A stretch of DNA of 63,122 nt, counting the filler, from Sphacelaria rigidula (lineage: Eukaryota), in the NCBI GenBank assembly GCA_964200075.2. It is 4 parts of 4 records of this genome, joined end to end, with 100 filler letters (N's around TTAATTAATTAA, not from the genome) between each part and the next. Parts side by side here need not be neighbours in the genome. Positions count along the whole stretch, not along the records: positions 15,808 to 31,514 come from CAXNAA020001633.1; positions 31,615 to 47,320 come from CAXNAA020001634.1; 2 more parts are not named here. One strand, given 5' to 3'. Every line of letters starts with the position of its first letter. Positions within the stretch are counted from its first letter, which is position 1. The notes below the pieces were generated by a model. That model saw nothing but the letters and a program-made list of their open reading frames with translations. It did no database searches and had not been told where the DNA came from. Position numbers and translations under genes: made by a program. This document shows, one piece after another, positions 26,451 to 39,655 of this stretch.

Positions 26451-29083
26451 GGCATGGTAATATATGAGGGATGTTGTACTAGTGAGCTTAATGTATCTCT
26501 CAGTTCCGGCACTCTTGTATACCTCTTCTCGTCGCGTTCTCCGGTCTTGTATTTTATACATTGGCCCAAAACTACCATGAAAGTAGTATGAAGGTCTCTA
26601 CTAGCGGGGACAGCAGCTGCAGGGGTGATCGAACATACATCGATAACTCGTAACCTTTTTCTACGCCTCGCATAGGGTGAGCTGTGGTCTCCGAACAACT
26701 CCAAAACTCAGTCACCCCTCAGATTTCTGTTATGACGGATATTACGGCATCATCAGTTTGATATTTTCTAAACTCGCCGCCAGCGCGCACCAGGCTCTTG
26801 ACCCTAGTGGAACTCTTGTTCCATGTCCAGCGAGATGCTCTCAAAACGTGGAAGCACCTTCAGTTTCAGAGATCAGAGTACGGCTGGCACCTCAACTGCT
26901 TGGACTTGGCGCACCCCGTTAGATTCGGGTTTGAGTAAAAATAATTGAAGGCGGTGTAGTTTTCCATCTTTTTACCTCCTCCTGCTGTTGCCCGTAGTTC
27001 AACTCAAACCTCGACCCGTGATCAGCGGAAACGCCACCTTCATTCGTCCAAGTGTTTCTCCATTTGTATGCGATGTATCAAAGTGTGCTCGGTCCACGTT
27101 TGAACTCCTTGAATCAAATGTTGTTTGTCGGCTGTTGGTCGCTATGGATCAAAATCTCGAATTTCCATCAAGAAATTTGCTGCCAGTTTATGTTAACCCC
27201 TTGAACGCCCAGGTCCCTAGTTGAACGCTGAAAGGACAACCTGTTCCGGGGGAAGTTCTGCATAGTTGTGTATGATGGATAGACAACGCCTAGATAAAAA
27301 AATATCGTTACCATGTACGCATACGCCGCGCGGAATTATCTTCATTTGTGCGTACGCCACGACCAGCACCACTTTCACTTCTCAGGACACACGTGAAACT
27401 CATCGAGCAGGATAATAGTGGCATGTGTACGTGCTCAACACCAGCAGCTGTTGTGGAACAGCTGACCGGCATGGCGTTTGAATTCGCCATGAGGTGTAAG
27501 CGCTGTTGGCGTGGTTCTTGCGGGTGTGGTTTTCTACCTTATGCCTGGCGTTTGCGGAACATTTTCCCCCATCCCCCGACAGTGAACTGAGGGGGATCAG
27601 CACAAGTATCACGCACGCACGAACAACGCGTACGGGACCATAGCGGCAAGTTTTTCGCCCTCACCAACCCCTGTGGCCGGTAGCACGGGTGCAGCGGGGG
27701 TATCCATCGCCCCAACGCTACTGAGCCCGATAGTACTCACAGCTGAGTGGTGAAGTGCGGGGGGCGAAAAATGTTGAACCACCTCGTTCAACCATCGCAA
27801 AATGATGCTCCACATTTATTGGAGTTGCTTTTCCTCTTGTATCACTTTTTCCAAGCAGCCTTGTCCTAGCCCCCGTCTACGCCCACCCTACTTGAATCCT
27901 TCAACAATTCGCGGGAACGTCAGCGGACAAAATCTCGGAACAGAACCCCAGGGCGTTCACAGGGTTGACTCCTTGACCGCCAGGAGTGCCTGTCTTTTTG
28001 AATCGGCATATTTTTCAGTTGAAAGCGAGGGTAAGACGCAGATGACCTGCCTTGGCCGCCAAGGGGTCAAGACTCACGATTGGGAAAATATTAGTTTGCT
28101 GACCTCTTCTCCACCAAAAAGCAAGTTCGCCCGATCGTTGAAAAATTCCACCTGGTGGCGGTCAATTTCTCTTGCTGCTAGCGCGCGCAGCAGAGAGCGG
28201 TCATTGGGCGGAGGCACATGCGGGTGAACCGGTAGCAGCATATGTGGCACGGTTACTGGGAAATGCCTGGCGAGAGACGGAAGCTGCTGAGGTCGCGTGC
28301 GAAAACCGCCCCGACATCGCTGTTTCGAAACCGTCATGGCAGCAAACCCTTACATTAGGCATACCAACCTCTCCGCGAAGACACCTGTCTGGTGGTCCTG
28401 CTCTCATCATCGTGCACACTTGCTTCGCCGCCTGGCCTAGGGGATGTGAGCGTTGTTACGGTTCGAGGATATATGCGGCATATTCCCAGTCAATCAAAAC
28501 GATTCCTTAATCCCGCCGCATCGCGGAAACCAAGGGAGTTTGCCTTGACGATGCCTCAGCCCTCAGCGCCTTGGTATTGGTGAGGGTTACACTGTGTAGG
28601 AAGAAGAAGAGGAAGGGTGAACGAAGACTTCGACAAAGTATGAAGACATGCAGCACAGTATGCTTGAGATTTATGCGAGCCGGCGCTGCTTGTAGCAACC
28701 GATATCGTGGACAAAGTCAAAGGTGGGTCACGTCATTACACTCCAGTACACTTCTATGTGACTTCTGCACACGTGAGAGGAACAAAGTCTTGATCGCTCA
28801 GGGCGCTCAACTTGACGTGTGCGGTTGACAGCACCAATTACTGCTTATCCTGCTCTACATACGAACGACTGCCCCCATCCCTCTGCGCTACTCTTTTGCT
28901 GTGTTGCTTCTGAAGGCCGCCTTTCCGTAGCAAGCCAGCAATCGCCAATTACGACATACAGCGCCCGCACACCCAGCACTACGGTACAGTACACAGTCCG
29001 TACAGTGAGTACTGACCGTTGTGGGGCACAGTCTCGCACCATACTGTTAGGGATGCTAGTCGGGGGAGGTATTAGAGCGTGCC

Positions 29084-29165
29084 TTGTTCAGGAAGCGAAT
29101 AGTTTACCCATTGAACCGGTAAGCGCTCACTGGTTCAATGGGTAAACTATTCGCTTCCTGAACAA
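29084..29165. repeat. 82-bp hairpin with perfect 34-bp arms
   Basis: ttgttcaggaagcgaatagtttacccattgaacc (29084-29117) is the exact reverse complement of 29132-29165. Confidence 0.95.
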
Positions 29166-29325
29166 AAGATATGTTGTATGGCCCGTCCCAGCATGACACA
29201 TCAGTGATCTCCGGAACTCCCAGCCCCTCGCGAACCTCACTGTTCACATGTAACTTTAACTTTCCTTCCATAACCGATAATGCCGGGACTCGAATCGCAT
29301 ATCTTTTGTTCACTTGTCATATTGG

Positions 29326-31359
29326 GGCGTGTCTTAGCACATTTTCCTTTCATCGAAAAAGTGCGGTCGAATTGATTTTTTTCGATCTGATAGGTCCACC
29401 GCATTTCTGTTCCATTTAGGCTTCAAGTCAAATTCACAATTACATCAGTGGCGCGCGGAGAAGGAGTAAAACACAATTAAGCGAAGCTTTTTTGTTCGAT
29501 AACAGGCGGTAGAAAGGCACAAAGCAGCACTTGACTCCTACCTTACAGACCACCACAGCAGATATCACCAGTTCACAGAACCGTGCAAACTCCACACAAC
29601 TCATCCTCAGCTACTACCGCAACCCTACAGCATAGGGCAAGAGTGAGCACAGGGATAGATGCGCCGCCGAAGTTGGGTATGCTTTCTTTTATTTTTTTGT
29701 TGAGGAAAAGTTGAGCATCTTCTTTCATGGTGGGGATCAGCGACGGAACTTCGTGGTAAGTGGGCAACCGGCTTGCGTACACGCTCAGGACAGGGCAGGC
29801 AGTATAAAGCTATACGTTGTCTACTGCACGTTGCGCGCTTCTCTTTCATATCCTACCGTTCGAAACACGCACACATCCATCCAGCCACACTGCATGCAAA
29901 CGGTGCAGACAGCACAGATTGTTTGTACAGGCTGGGCCGCCCAAGACGCGGACAGGGATGTGAACACGCGATTTAGCAGCTCAATTTCGGGATCGATTTC
30001 TATGAAATTTCTACACAATGTACACGACGTATGTACGAAGACTCCATATTCGGCCCCCAAATTTTTCTTGTTTTTTGGGGGGAAGTTATCCACGATTTTG
30101 TTCCGAAATAAAATGTTCTGAAATTTTGGTCGCCGATAACTCACGGAGGAAAAAAAAATGTACGGGGCTGAAGGTGGAGTCTTTGCACATACATCGTGTA
30201 CATCGTGTCAAAATGTCATAGAAAACGACCGAAAATTAAGCTGTTCAAAAGCGTGTTCGTGTCGAAGACTAGTTCCTATGTGGAGATGGACCAGCCACGA
30301 AAAATGAAACACGGTTGCCCTGTTCAATTTCAAGTATTTTTCCACGAAATTTCGACATGATGCGCATGACGTGTGTTGTGATCCCTGTTGTCCGCCCTTG
30401 ACTCTTATTTTTTTCAATGAGTTGTCGACGCTTTTTTACCACGAAAAATTGTTCCGTAATGTAGATCACCAATAACTCACGAGGAGAAGAAAAAAGAGGG
30501 GCAAACGGTAGCGGCTTCACATATACTCCATGTATATCGTGTCAAATTTTCATGGAAGACGACTTGAAATTGAGCAGTGAAATCGCTTTTTTCTGACGAG
30601 AACCGGTTCACTTGCTTTCAGAATACAACAATCTCAGAAGAAACTTTGACGTTTTCTAAAAGCCCGACGCCTTGGGGCGTTGGGGGTCTCGTCTGCGTGC
30701 CGTCTCAGACCCTGCGCGCGTACAGTACGACATGCATTGTTGTACAATCACAACTATTGCAGCACCATCACTTTGTGGCCGCGGCACGACCGACTGTAAC
30801 CGTAAATGCGATTTCAGCCGTTTTTTTTCCCTAATTCCGCCGCAGATTCCACCCTCAACTCTCTACACTTCGCAGCTGACTGCAGTCTGGTATTTCGTTC
30901 GATGGGAGCTTGTCAGATCGCAGTGCTACGTGAAGTGAAGGGCGCGCGTTGATTTGCAGATTACCACGATGTGTCATAGTAGGCACGACTAGCTATACAT
31001 CGTCAGTTAAAACCGGCTGAAGGAAAGTCCGCTTCTTAGGCGGCCCAGCCTGTACTGTTTACAAGCGGCCAAGTATCGTTTCACGAATTTCACTCCCTTT
31101 TTTCGATCGAAAGCTTGAAAATTCGCCTGGACTCTACACGACGAAAGTAAGCGATTTTTCGCTCATGTCGGTCAACCGCCCCTTTTTTTCGATCGAAGGA
31201 AAATGTGCGGTGGAAAAGGAAAACTCCCATCTGATGGGTCGTGATTTCAAGTATTGTAATTTATGTTGGCGATATAGTCGAAATCATGGCCTATCAGATC
31301 GAAATCCTTGTTTTCCACCCCACCTTTTCGATCGAAAAGTGATGTGCTAAAACATGGCC
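29326..31359. mobile_element. ~2-kb degenerate TIR element with a nested repeat (~29930-30830)
   Basis: Left ggcgtgtcttagcacatttt...catcgaaaaagtgc...ttcgatctgatagg; right cctatcagatcgaaa...ttttcgatcgaaaagtgatgtgctaaaacatggcc (imperfect inverted repeat). No transposase seen. Confidence 0.55.
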
Positions 31360-31514
31360 TCGCCACAAGACAAGCGCCCGGGCTGTTCGAGGGCATTTTT
31401 ACCGACCACAAACCATTTTTCTTCGTTTCATTGGATACACTTGATTTCAGATAACACCCTTTTTACCCTTTTGGGACCGAGCCTCCAGAACGACCAATGA
31501 GGCTGGTCAGGAAT

Positions 31515-31614
31515 NNNNNNNNNNNNNNNNNNNNNNNNNNNNNNNNNNNNNNNNNNNNTTAATTAATTAANNNNNNNNNNNNNNNNNNNNNNNNNNNNNN
31601 NNNNNNNNNNNNNN
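31515..31614. other. Artificial scaffold spacer N44-TTAATTAATTAA-N44
   Basis: Identical to the other two spacers. Confidence 0.97.
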
Positions 31615-32708
31615 ATACACCGAAAGGTGTAGACTGGTGCCCAGAATAAACGGGACGACAACACACACACAACAACACACAAATGCACCTCCATGACGTA
31701 CTATATGCTCTGTGTAGTAGCTTGCCACTGAGGCCCCTGATATCCCTCATTATGATATCAACGTGTTACTGAAAGCACGTGCCGGAGGTGAAGGCACGGA
31801 AGAGTACACACGGAATGACTATTTGGGCAAGGGTAATCGATTGATCAAAGCCACTCTCACTACGCGCCCAACTCTCCATTTCACGAAAACGGTTTTTAGC
31901 CGTCAATCCGACACCCGAGGGACTTTCCTCGTGGTTAGAAGTTTCTATGAACAGGACCGAGTCTGGTCAACGAATATGATCACGACTGTTCGCATGTCTC
32001 GTCGACGTAGAACAACTACGGCTGTTGAGTTCGCATGACCGTACAGTTTGAACGCTTTGACTACGACAGCAGGTCACCTGCTGACCAGGCATGGATATCT
32101 ACTCTTCTCATCTTATTATCAACAGAGGTATATCCAACTTGCTCTCGGTTTCCAAGTTTATTCGCTGGCTTTTTGTACTATTTGTTTAAGTGAAAGTGAT
32201 CGCGATTCATAGGCATGACGTAGGTATGACCGTGTTAAACGTTTTACGTACAAAACAGTTAGGGATCCCAAATCATTCGCCTTGTGTTTGTTGCTGACTA
32301 GGGGCAGGGCAATGGTGAATTGTTTTTGACTGTGTTGCTCTCATGCGCTCTTCACATTCGCTGCATCCATGATGTCATTGTACTCCCGAATCGATGACAA
32401 TTCAAAGAAAATCACACTCGAGGACCTGAGCCGAGTTTGAGATATATCTATTGATAATTTAAACATGCGTTCGTGGAGTGTTTAGTATATGTGACGGTGG
32501 TAAATGTTTCTTCCCCGACTATTGTGATGCGTTGAACACCAGGTCAACACCCGAATAGACGTCTGTTGTAAAAATGATTAGTTGGATTGTACATGAACAG
32601 CACGGTAGTTGCAGCCTTGTACACAGGACTATTTCTACATCACCTGTTCATAATCTTTCCCTAATACAGGAGAGTGCATTCGTAATTTGATTCATGTACA
32701 AAAGGCGT

Positions 32709-32918
32709 TGTAATACGTGAGAGAACCGCGTGCGTAGAGGGCCGCGCCGTTGTTCAAAACACCTCAGGATCGACGTTTTTCNNNNNNNNNNGGTCAGTCC
32801 CTGGAGGTACCACGCCCCTGGCCCTAACCCCAACACTAACCCTAACCCCAACCCTAACCATAGGGGTGTTCACTTTCCGATGCGGTCCGCTAAGCACGCG
32901 GTCCTCTCACGCATTACA
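32709..32918 (-). mobile_element. Telomere-motif MITE copy 1 (contains a 10-N gap)
   Basis: TGT...ACA ends, ~37-bp TIRs, internal ccctaacccc aacactaaccctaaccccaaccctaac; flanks ggcgt/ggtgt. Confidence 0.85.
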
Positions 32919-33643
32919 GGTGTAGCTCTGCATGCAGGACTTTTACAAGCTGTGGCTACCAAGGTACACTGACAGTACGACAAATAGCTCTGCATGCAGG
33001 ATAAACAGTGTTTTCGTGAGCTTAGGAGTAGATACTACACAATGAGAGCGTAAGGCGGTCAATCAGTGAATGATTTATTTCAAATCCTAAATACACTTCC
33101 ACGACGCACTACATGCTACCTGTGGTAGCTTGTCACCGATGCACTCCATTTCCCTCAGTATGATATCGACGTGTCGCCGAATACAAACGCCAGTGATAGG
33201 GACAAAGAAGAGAACATACGGAATGAATGTTTGCCCAAGTGAAATCGAACGATCGAAGCTACTCTCAATTGGCGCTCTACTCTCGACTTATAGCACTCTA
33301 GCCGACAACCGATGAACTATATCGATGACAAAGATAATCACACTGTGAAGAAATACCCTGCAGTGAACAGGCTTTTGTGGTTCTGTTTTTTTCTTCCATG
33401 TTTTGTTCGATCTTGAGGAGGCTTTTGTGGTTCGGGATCGACACCCCGCGAGATAGAGCCAGTGTGGGCGACTTTCGATGCACAGAACACGCGCCACCGG
33501 TATCACACGACACCTAAACCTCACAGGTAGTGTACCGCTGCACCTTCTTTGTGCACTGCAAAACAAAGCGCGGTATAAGATGCTCTGCCGCCGGAGAAAA
33601 ATCGGCAAAAGTGGTGAAAATTGTGAAATGATACATGTACATC

Positions 33644-33690
33644 TATAATGTATAATGTATAATGTATAATGTATAATGTATTGTATGTTA
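33644..33690. repeat. (TATAATG)n microsatellite
   Basis: About five units seen directly. Confidence 0.85.
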
Positions 33691-34299
33691 TGATGTGAAT
33701 GATATATTTAATGTATACTCTTGCTTCCTAGTCCATACCCTGTTATATTTTATACCATACACAGTATGTATGCTCCCTTATATCATACCTCAAGGAAATA
33801 TATTTCACATATTTATATCAATAAATATATATAAAGGAGCAGAAGCAAATATACAAACTCTGCAGAGCCCACCAGATTTTTCGGTTTTTGTCAGTGTTTA
33901 TTTGTTAATTACTTGTAACAAAAGTAACAGAAAAAATTAAAATAGTGTAAATTGATCACTTTCTTGCGACGAGGTTGGCGAAAAAAAAAATACATTACAA
34001 TTAAAAAAAAAATGTCCTCCGGGGGGGGAGGGGCTACACACGTGGACAAATTGCACCCTGTAGGACGAGCTGCATCGGGTTCTCCACAGTCTTTGTGAAA
34101 ACCTCTGTGAAGCATTTGCAAACCCTAGTACCTGTAATAGCATTTTGCATAGCGTTTTCGTCGAAACCCTGCAAGCAACTCTGTGAGGAGGCCCCTACCA
34201 ATTTCGAAAAGTCTAAATTATTTTGGTATAAAATCTGTACGTATCTATTTTTTTGAAGAGCTTCTCCTGCTGTCCGAGATAAATCATCTTTTTGCCCGA

Positions 34300-34560
34300 T
34301 TCAAATCGGGAAAAATTGAACTTATCTCGGGCAGCGGAAAACCCTATTCAAAATAGACCCCTTTTTCGCCCATTTTATTTGAGCAAAAAATGAACTTATC
34401 TCGGGCAGCAGAAAACCCTATTGAAAATAGACCCTTTTTTCGCCTATTTTATTTGAGCAAAAAATGATCTCTTTCGAACAGCAGAAAACCCTTTTTAAAA
34501 TAGACCCTTTTTTCGCCCATTTTAAATTGGGGAAAAAAAGGATATATTTCAAACAGCTTC
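34300..34560. repeat. ~74-bp tandem repeat x3.5
   Basis: Unit gaacttatctcgggcagc.gaaaaccctatt.aaaatagaccc.ttttttcgccc recurs at ~34318, 34392, 34466 and 34541. Confidence 0.85.
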
Positions 34561-35050
34561 TTCTGCCGCGCAAATTCCATGCACACTGGCAGATTTGGAA
34601 TTAGAACAGCAGAAGAAGCTCGAAATAAATCTTCACTTTGCCCTCTAATTCCATTCGGAAATTGGGGGAAAAGAGATTTATTGCAAGCAGCGTCAGCTGT
34701 GCATATCCCGCATACTGCACCTTTACCAGCGTATGGGATCATACACGCAACAAAGGTTGTTGGGAGCAACTCATCCTATAGCCCCAAAGGATGAATATCC
34801 CTCAACAGCTTTCGCTGAGTAGAGATCCCCCACATTGGTTACGTGTGTATATCCACACCTGTTCTTACAGCACAAACTCGGCGTGATAAGATTTTAGCGG
34901 AATGGTGTATACCTCGCATATGAATCCACATGGCTTTTGAAAACCCCGTGGTGCGCAGTCTACCAAAATCACTCAAGCGAGTATACTCTTGTTCAAAGAG
35001 GTTTTGGCGTGATAGTTATTAGAAGCACAAAGTATTTCTCCCGTTGAGAC

Positions 35051-35145
35051 GACCCTGGTAGCTCACTGCGCGCAATGATGCATTCCAATGCGCCAAGTCG
35101 TGAGTTCGAGTTCAACTGTCGTGATTTCTTTACCGTTTTTTTCTG
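35051..35145 (+). mobile_element. Degenerate tRNA-like/SINE head
   Basis: ggTAGCTCActg (A-box-like), gcat-tcca-atgc stem-loop, GAGTTCGAGTTC (B-box-like) and an oligo-T run; no acceptor stem. Confidence 0.4.
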
Positions 35146-35718
35146 CCAGTACCGTGCCCATGCTGTATGGAGTACATTGTATGTGCGCTGTAAAGGCTGT
35201 ACAGCATATTAACAGCGATGAATTCTACACGGAATGACGAAACCCTGTGAAGCGCCCTCTGTGGCACAATATATTACCCTACAGTCAAATCCCTGCGAGA
35301 AACCCTGCACAATTTCCCTGAAACCCTGTGAAGCGTCCTTTGGGGCACAGAAAAAACAACTACAGCCAGATCCCCGCGAGAAACACTACACAGTTCCCTT
35401 GAACCCTGCAGACGTGCACCACATGGTGCTACTTGTCCACGTGTGTACGTGTCCGAAACAGTTCCCCGCGCTGCCCCCTGATGCTTGCCTTATTTTTTTA
35501 TCGCGAAAGGGACTCAGCAGTCCCTTTCCCTCGCCGACCATGCAGTCGAACTTCGGATACCCACGACCTAGTCGTTCTCCACTGCTGGGCATGGTGCGAA
35601 TCAACGACCCAACCGTCAGAAGGATTCGAGGTTACGAATGAAGCCACCGGGGCGACCGACCACTACTACTGGGTATTGTTCTTATTTTCGTTATATTTTG
35701 AAGACAGAGCAGCACGTA

Positions 35719-36638
35719 CTGGTAAGACCAACTTGTATGGCAGCCAATCCCGAATCTGGCGGGACACGAATCTGTGCCAAATCGGGGGGACCTAGATTCG
35801 TGAAACTCAGATTCGTGTGTACCCCTGTATGGCTTCACAAATTTGTTGAAATTGTTCTGTACACGAACGGTCATTCTCTGGGCGGGTGTGGTATCACAGT
35901 GAAGCCGGAGAATAGGCAGGGAGGGAATCATCCTTCAAGAGTAGAGTCGTACCGTGGTGTTCTAGGGTATAATGCAGGGCAGTACATTATACAATCACAG
36001 TAAACGATAATGCCGTGTGGTAATACAGGATCGTACAGTCGTTATTGCGAGAACGCAGTACATAGTGTGCGGCAAGAGTTTACGAGTCCAGTGTCAGTCA
36101 TCACCCTGCAACAACCGCGACATCAGAGTGTAGGATAGTGCAGTACCGTTCGTTATGATGATACATACAGTAGCACAGTGCAGCATCAAATTTTGCCATC
36201 ACCGCAGGGTACGGCATCAACAGTTCTAATCCGCTTGTCAAACCAAGTGAGGAGCTGATCTAGCAGCTGGCGCTCGAAGGGACTATCTGTGCTTGTCAAA
36301 CCCCGTGAGGAGCTGCTCCAGCAGCCGGCGCTCGCAGGCACTGTCTGTGCTGTCACGAGACTGTCTGCTGGTGTTGTTACAAAACTACAAAACGCCTGTT
36401 GCCCCATCACTGTACGTCAACATACGTACGTCAGTTGCTACAGATTCGGGGGAACTCGATTTTCCACGGATTTGAGCTCAGATTCGTGTAAACCCGCTCT
36501 CAAATCGTGACAAACGATTCTGAGCTTCCCCGATTTGGGCCAAAATTGGCGTCCATACAATGCGTTTCCGGATCTGAGGTCCCCCGATCTGCGTACAGAT
36601 CCGTTTTTAGGACTGCCATACAAGTGGGTCTGAGACAG
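35719..36638. mobile_element. ~920-bp TIR element with repetitive subtermini
   Basis: Left ctggtaagaccaacttgtatggcagcc; right ggactgccatacaagtgggtctgagacag; subterminal agattcg/gatc motifs. Confidence 0.55.
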
Positions 36639-37509
36639 GAGACTTTCACACAGCAAGGCCAGAGTTTTAATCTTGTTTCGTGAAGTCCGCGTTCCTTCTG
36701 CGGTGCTTGCCTTCCCTTCCATTCGTGAGAAGGGTTCTTCAGAGGTCCCTTTCCCTCTGTGTATTTTGTCATTCCATCTATTCTGGACGCTAGTCTGCAC
36801 CTATCGGTATATGGACACAGGAGGAAGGCCAAAACAAGAGCTTTTTCTTTTTTATTTGTTTTTGGTACCCAAGCTCCTTTCTGCGGTATTTCTCCGCAAC
36901 CGTCTTTATTTGAGAGTGCACACAGTATCAATGTTTCCAATACAGAGATGTTTGTCCGTAGTTGTCTTGATTTGGATGTATGTACACACACACGCACACA
37001 CACATACACACACACATACTTTTGGCAATCCGTGAGGTGGCGGATGGGGACTAGCCATGTTCGTGCAACACAATTTACGTAAGATGGAGTCGTGGACCGT
37101 CTTATTTGCATGGGCGCATGTTTTGGTTCGGAGGTGGTAGGTATTACATACAGTACAGTGTACGGAGGAACATATCCACAAGCGAGTATAGAGCTCAACA
37201 TTCCACCGTACTGGTGCACAGTGCAGTTGGGTACGTAAATGAGTGCGGAGAGCACACATCGCACTACGTTCTATCAGCGCACGTACGTCGGATCCCCCGT
37301 TAATGGCCGATGGGTGTCCAGGTTAGCCGTACAGTGCTTTGTTAGGTTGGCAAAAAGCAATGAAATTGCTGTGCATCACTGTTCCTGGAGGTTGTGCAAT
37401 GTGAACTCTGTCTCTGGGGGTTGTGCAATGAGCTTCACAGGGAACGTCCGGCGCTCAGCACACAACATACAAATCACTCTCAAACCCAAGGCGGGAACAA
37501 CCACCCGGC

Positions 37510-37719
37510 TGTAATGCGTGAGAGGACCGCGTGCTTAGAGGACCGCATCGGAATTTGAACATCCCTGTGGTTAGGATTAGGGTTAGGGTTAGTGTTAGGG
37601 CTATGATCAGGGGCGTGGTACCTGCAGGGACTGGCCTGATTGGTTTTGGAAAACATCGATCTTAGGTCTTTTGAACTACGGCGCGGTCCTCTAAGCCCGC
37701 GGTCCTCTCACGCATCACA
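37510..37719 (+). mobile_element. Telomere-motif MITE copy 2
   Basis: TIR tgtaatgcgtgagaggaccgcgtgcttagaggaccgc; internal ggttaggattagggttagggttagtgttagggc. Confidence 0.9.
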
Positions 37720-38016
37720 TGGCAGTAAGATGACAAAGCGTTCGACAGCAGCGCACAACGCTTTCTCCACCGGTCAACAGCGTACATCACAGTGCGTTCT
37801 ACTGCGTTTTAGCAGCGCACGTGCGTCGGAGCCCCCGTCGTTGGGCGATGGGTGTCCAGGTTGGGTGGCAGTACAGTGCTTTGCGATGCTGACAAAAAAC
37901 ACTGAATTGCTGTGCATGGGTGCAGTGCGTCTGGATGCGGACACTTTCTACGATAGCCCGAGCACAACGAGAAGCTGGGAATGAATTCCCCCGCTTGGGT
38001 TCGTTCTAGTCAATGT

Positions 38017-38232
38017 TGTCATGCGTGAGAGGACCGCGTGCCTAGAGGACCGCGCCGTAGATCAAACACCGCAGGATCGACGCTTTTCAAAAACAATCGG
38101 ACCAGTCCCTGCAAGTACCACGCCCCTGACCATAACCCTAACCTTAACTCGAACACTAACACTAACCCTAACCATAGGGGTGTTCACTTTCCGATGCGGT
38201 CCTCTGAGCACGCGGTCCTCTCACGCATTACA
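38017..38232 (-). mobile_element. Telomere-motif MITE copy 3
   Basis: Same TIRs; internal ccataaccctaaccttaactcgaacactaacactaaccctaacc. Confidence 0.9.
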
Positions 38233-38979
38233 CCAGTGCCACAGCACCGCATGATCAACCTATCGTGGAAAACCTTTTGTACGTCGATTCATTCACGGAT
38301 GAGGCTAGGTTTCCGCAGAAGAACCGCGTGTCTGTCAGGCGCTGTAAACCTTGCACCACCCCGCACGACACCACTGACATGCTCAAACAATTGCCGTTAG
38401 GACTCAGCTCGTACGCGTTGACCAGGCACGCCACCAAGTCGCCGCCTTTTCATGTCATGGCTGAAGATGTTCACGCCCCCGTGGAACGCGTAGTAGTTGA
38501 TCACATCAGCAATGCGGAAAGGCGCGGCGGCACGGGAGCTGGCCCGGGAGCATTCGGCCCGATTCGTCATGGCTGGCTATAGCCTTGTTTCGCGCGCGCA
38601 ATAACACTTGTTTTCTTTTCGCAGGAGGAAACGTGAACCGAAACGCGCGTCCTCGTGGTAAAAGCCACAAGACTCCCTCTGGTGGCGGGGCAAGATTCAC
38701 TTACCAGCCCTCGACTCCAATAACTCCTACATTGACTTCCCCGATCACCTCGCCATTGAGCTCATTTTAGACGATGCCTAATACACTGAATCGTCGTCCG
38801 CTCGCCGCGTGTTCTGATGTTTTCGGCGTCATGATGATGGCAGCATAGACGACGCTATTCTCCGGAATACCGACAATTCATGGAAAGAAGACGAGTCTTG
38901 ATGCATTCTGTCCTACCTTACCTGTACAGCGCCGCCTAGCTGGTTCCACGTCGTGGCCGTAAACCCCCTTTTTATTGTT

Positions 38980-39120
38980 GTTGTGTGTATGTGGGTGTAT
39001 GTGTGTGTATGCGCATATGTGTGTATGCTTGTAAATGTATGTGGGTGTATGTATGCGCATACGCGTGTATGCGTGTGTGTGTATGCTTATGTGTGTTTGT
39101 GTGTATGTATGCGTGTGCAT
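38980..39120. repeat. Degenerate (GT)/(GTAT) microsatellite
   Basis: Low-complexity tgtgtatg tract seen directly. Confidence 0.85.
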
Positions 39121-39239
39121 GGTCGCGTCCTCATACCGTTTTCGAGCTGTCCGCATGTTAGAGGTCGGGTTGATCTGGTTCTGGCACTGTGGTGCCTTTG
39201 TTCGAACACATTCAGGGATTAAGAACGGTTTTTCATGTC

Positions 39240-39655
39240 ACCAGCCGTGTGTTCGACATTTGTGCCAAGGGATGACCGATACCCCAAGGGCTTCCTCAGC
39301 AAACTGTCATGTGTCGGTGTCTACTCTATTTTTTCATCTCGTTTCTTTTCTTCTTCTCTTTTTCATTCCTGCGTCTCCACGACCTTCACTCCCTCGTGAA
39401 TCGTTGGATCCGAGACACCCCGTCTCTTCTCCTCAACCGAACATTTGCGAAAATAAATGACCAATCACCCACGGGCTTCCTCAGTGAGTATTCCTTCATA
39501 TAACCGGCTGTGTGTTCGAAATTTGTGCAATCGGATGACCGATACCCTAAGGGCTTCCTCATTAAATCGTCACGTCTTTTTGAGAATGATGACTGCGGAT
39601 TCGGTTTCTCGTCGTGTGCGAAAACGGATGATCGATCACCAGGGCTTCCTCAGTA
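39240..39655. repeat. Four dispersed units ending gatgaccgatacc..aagggcttcctca
   Basis: gggcttcctca recurs at ~39288, 39473, 39550 and 39642 with similar upstream sequence. Confidence 0.7.

Noticed and set aside
32820..32860. CCCTAA tracts as true telomeres
   Set aside because: Short, degenerate, internal, and always enclosed by the same TIRs.
34300..34560. 74-bp periodic array as CRISPR
   Set aside because: The would-be spacers are homologous to each other; plain tandem repeat.
36500..37264. 254-aa ORF, and similar ORFs at 38878-39460 and 47463-48182
   Set aside because: They run through microsatellites, poly-G tracts or repeats; spurious.
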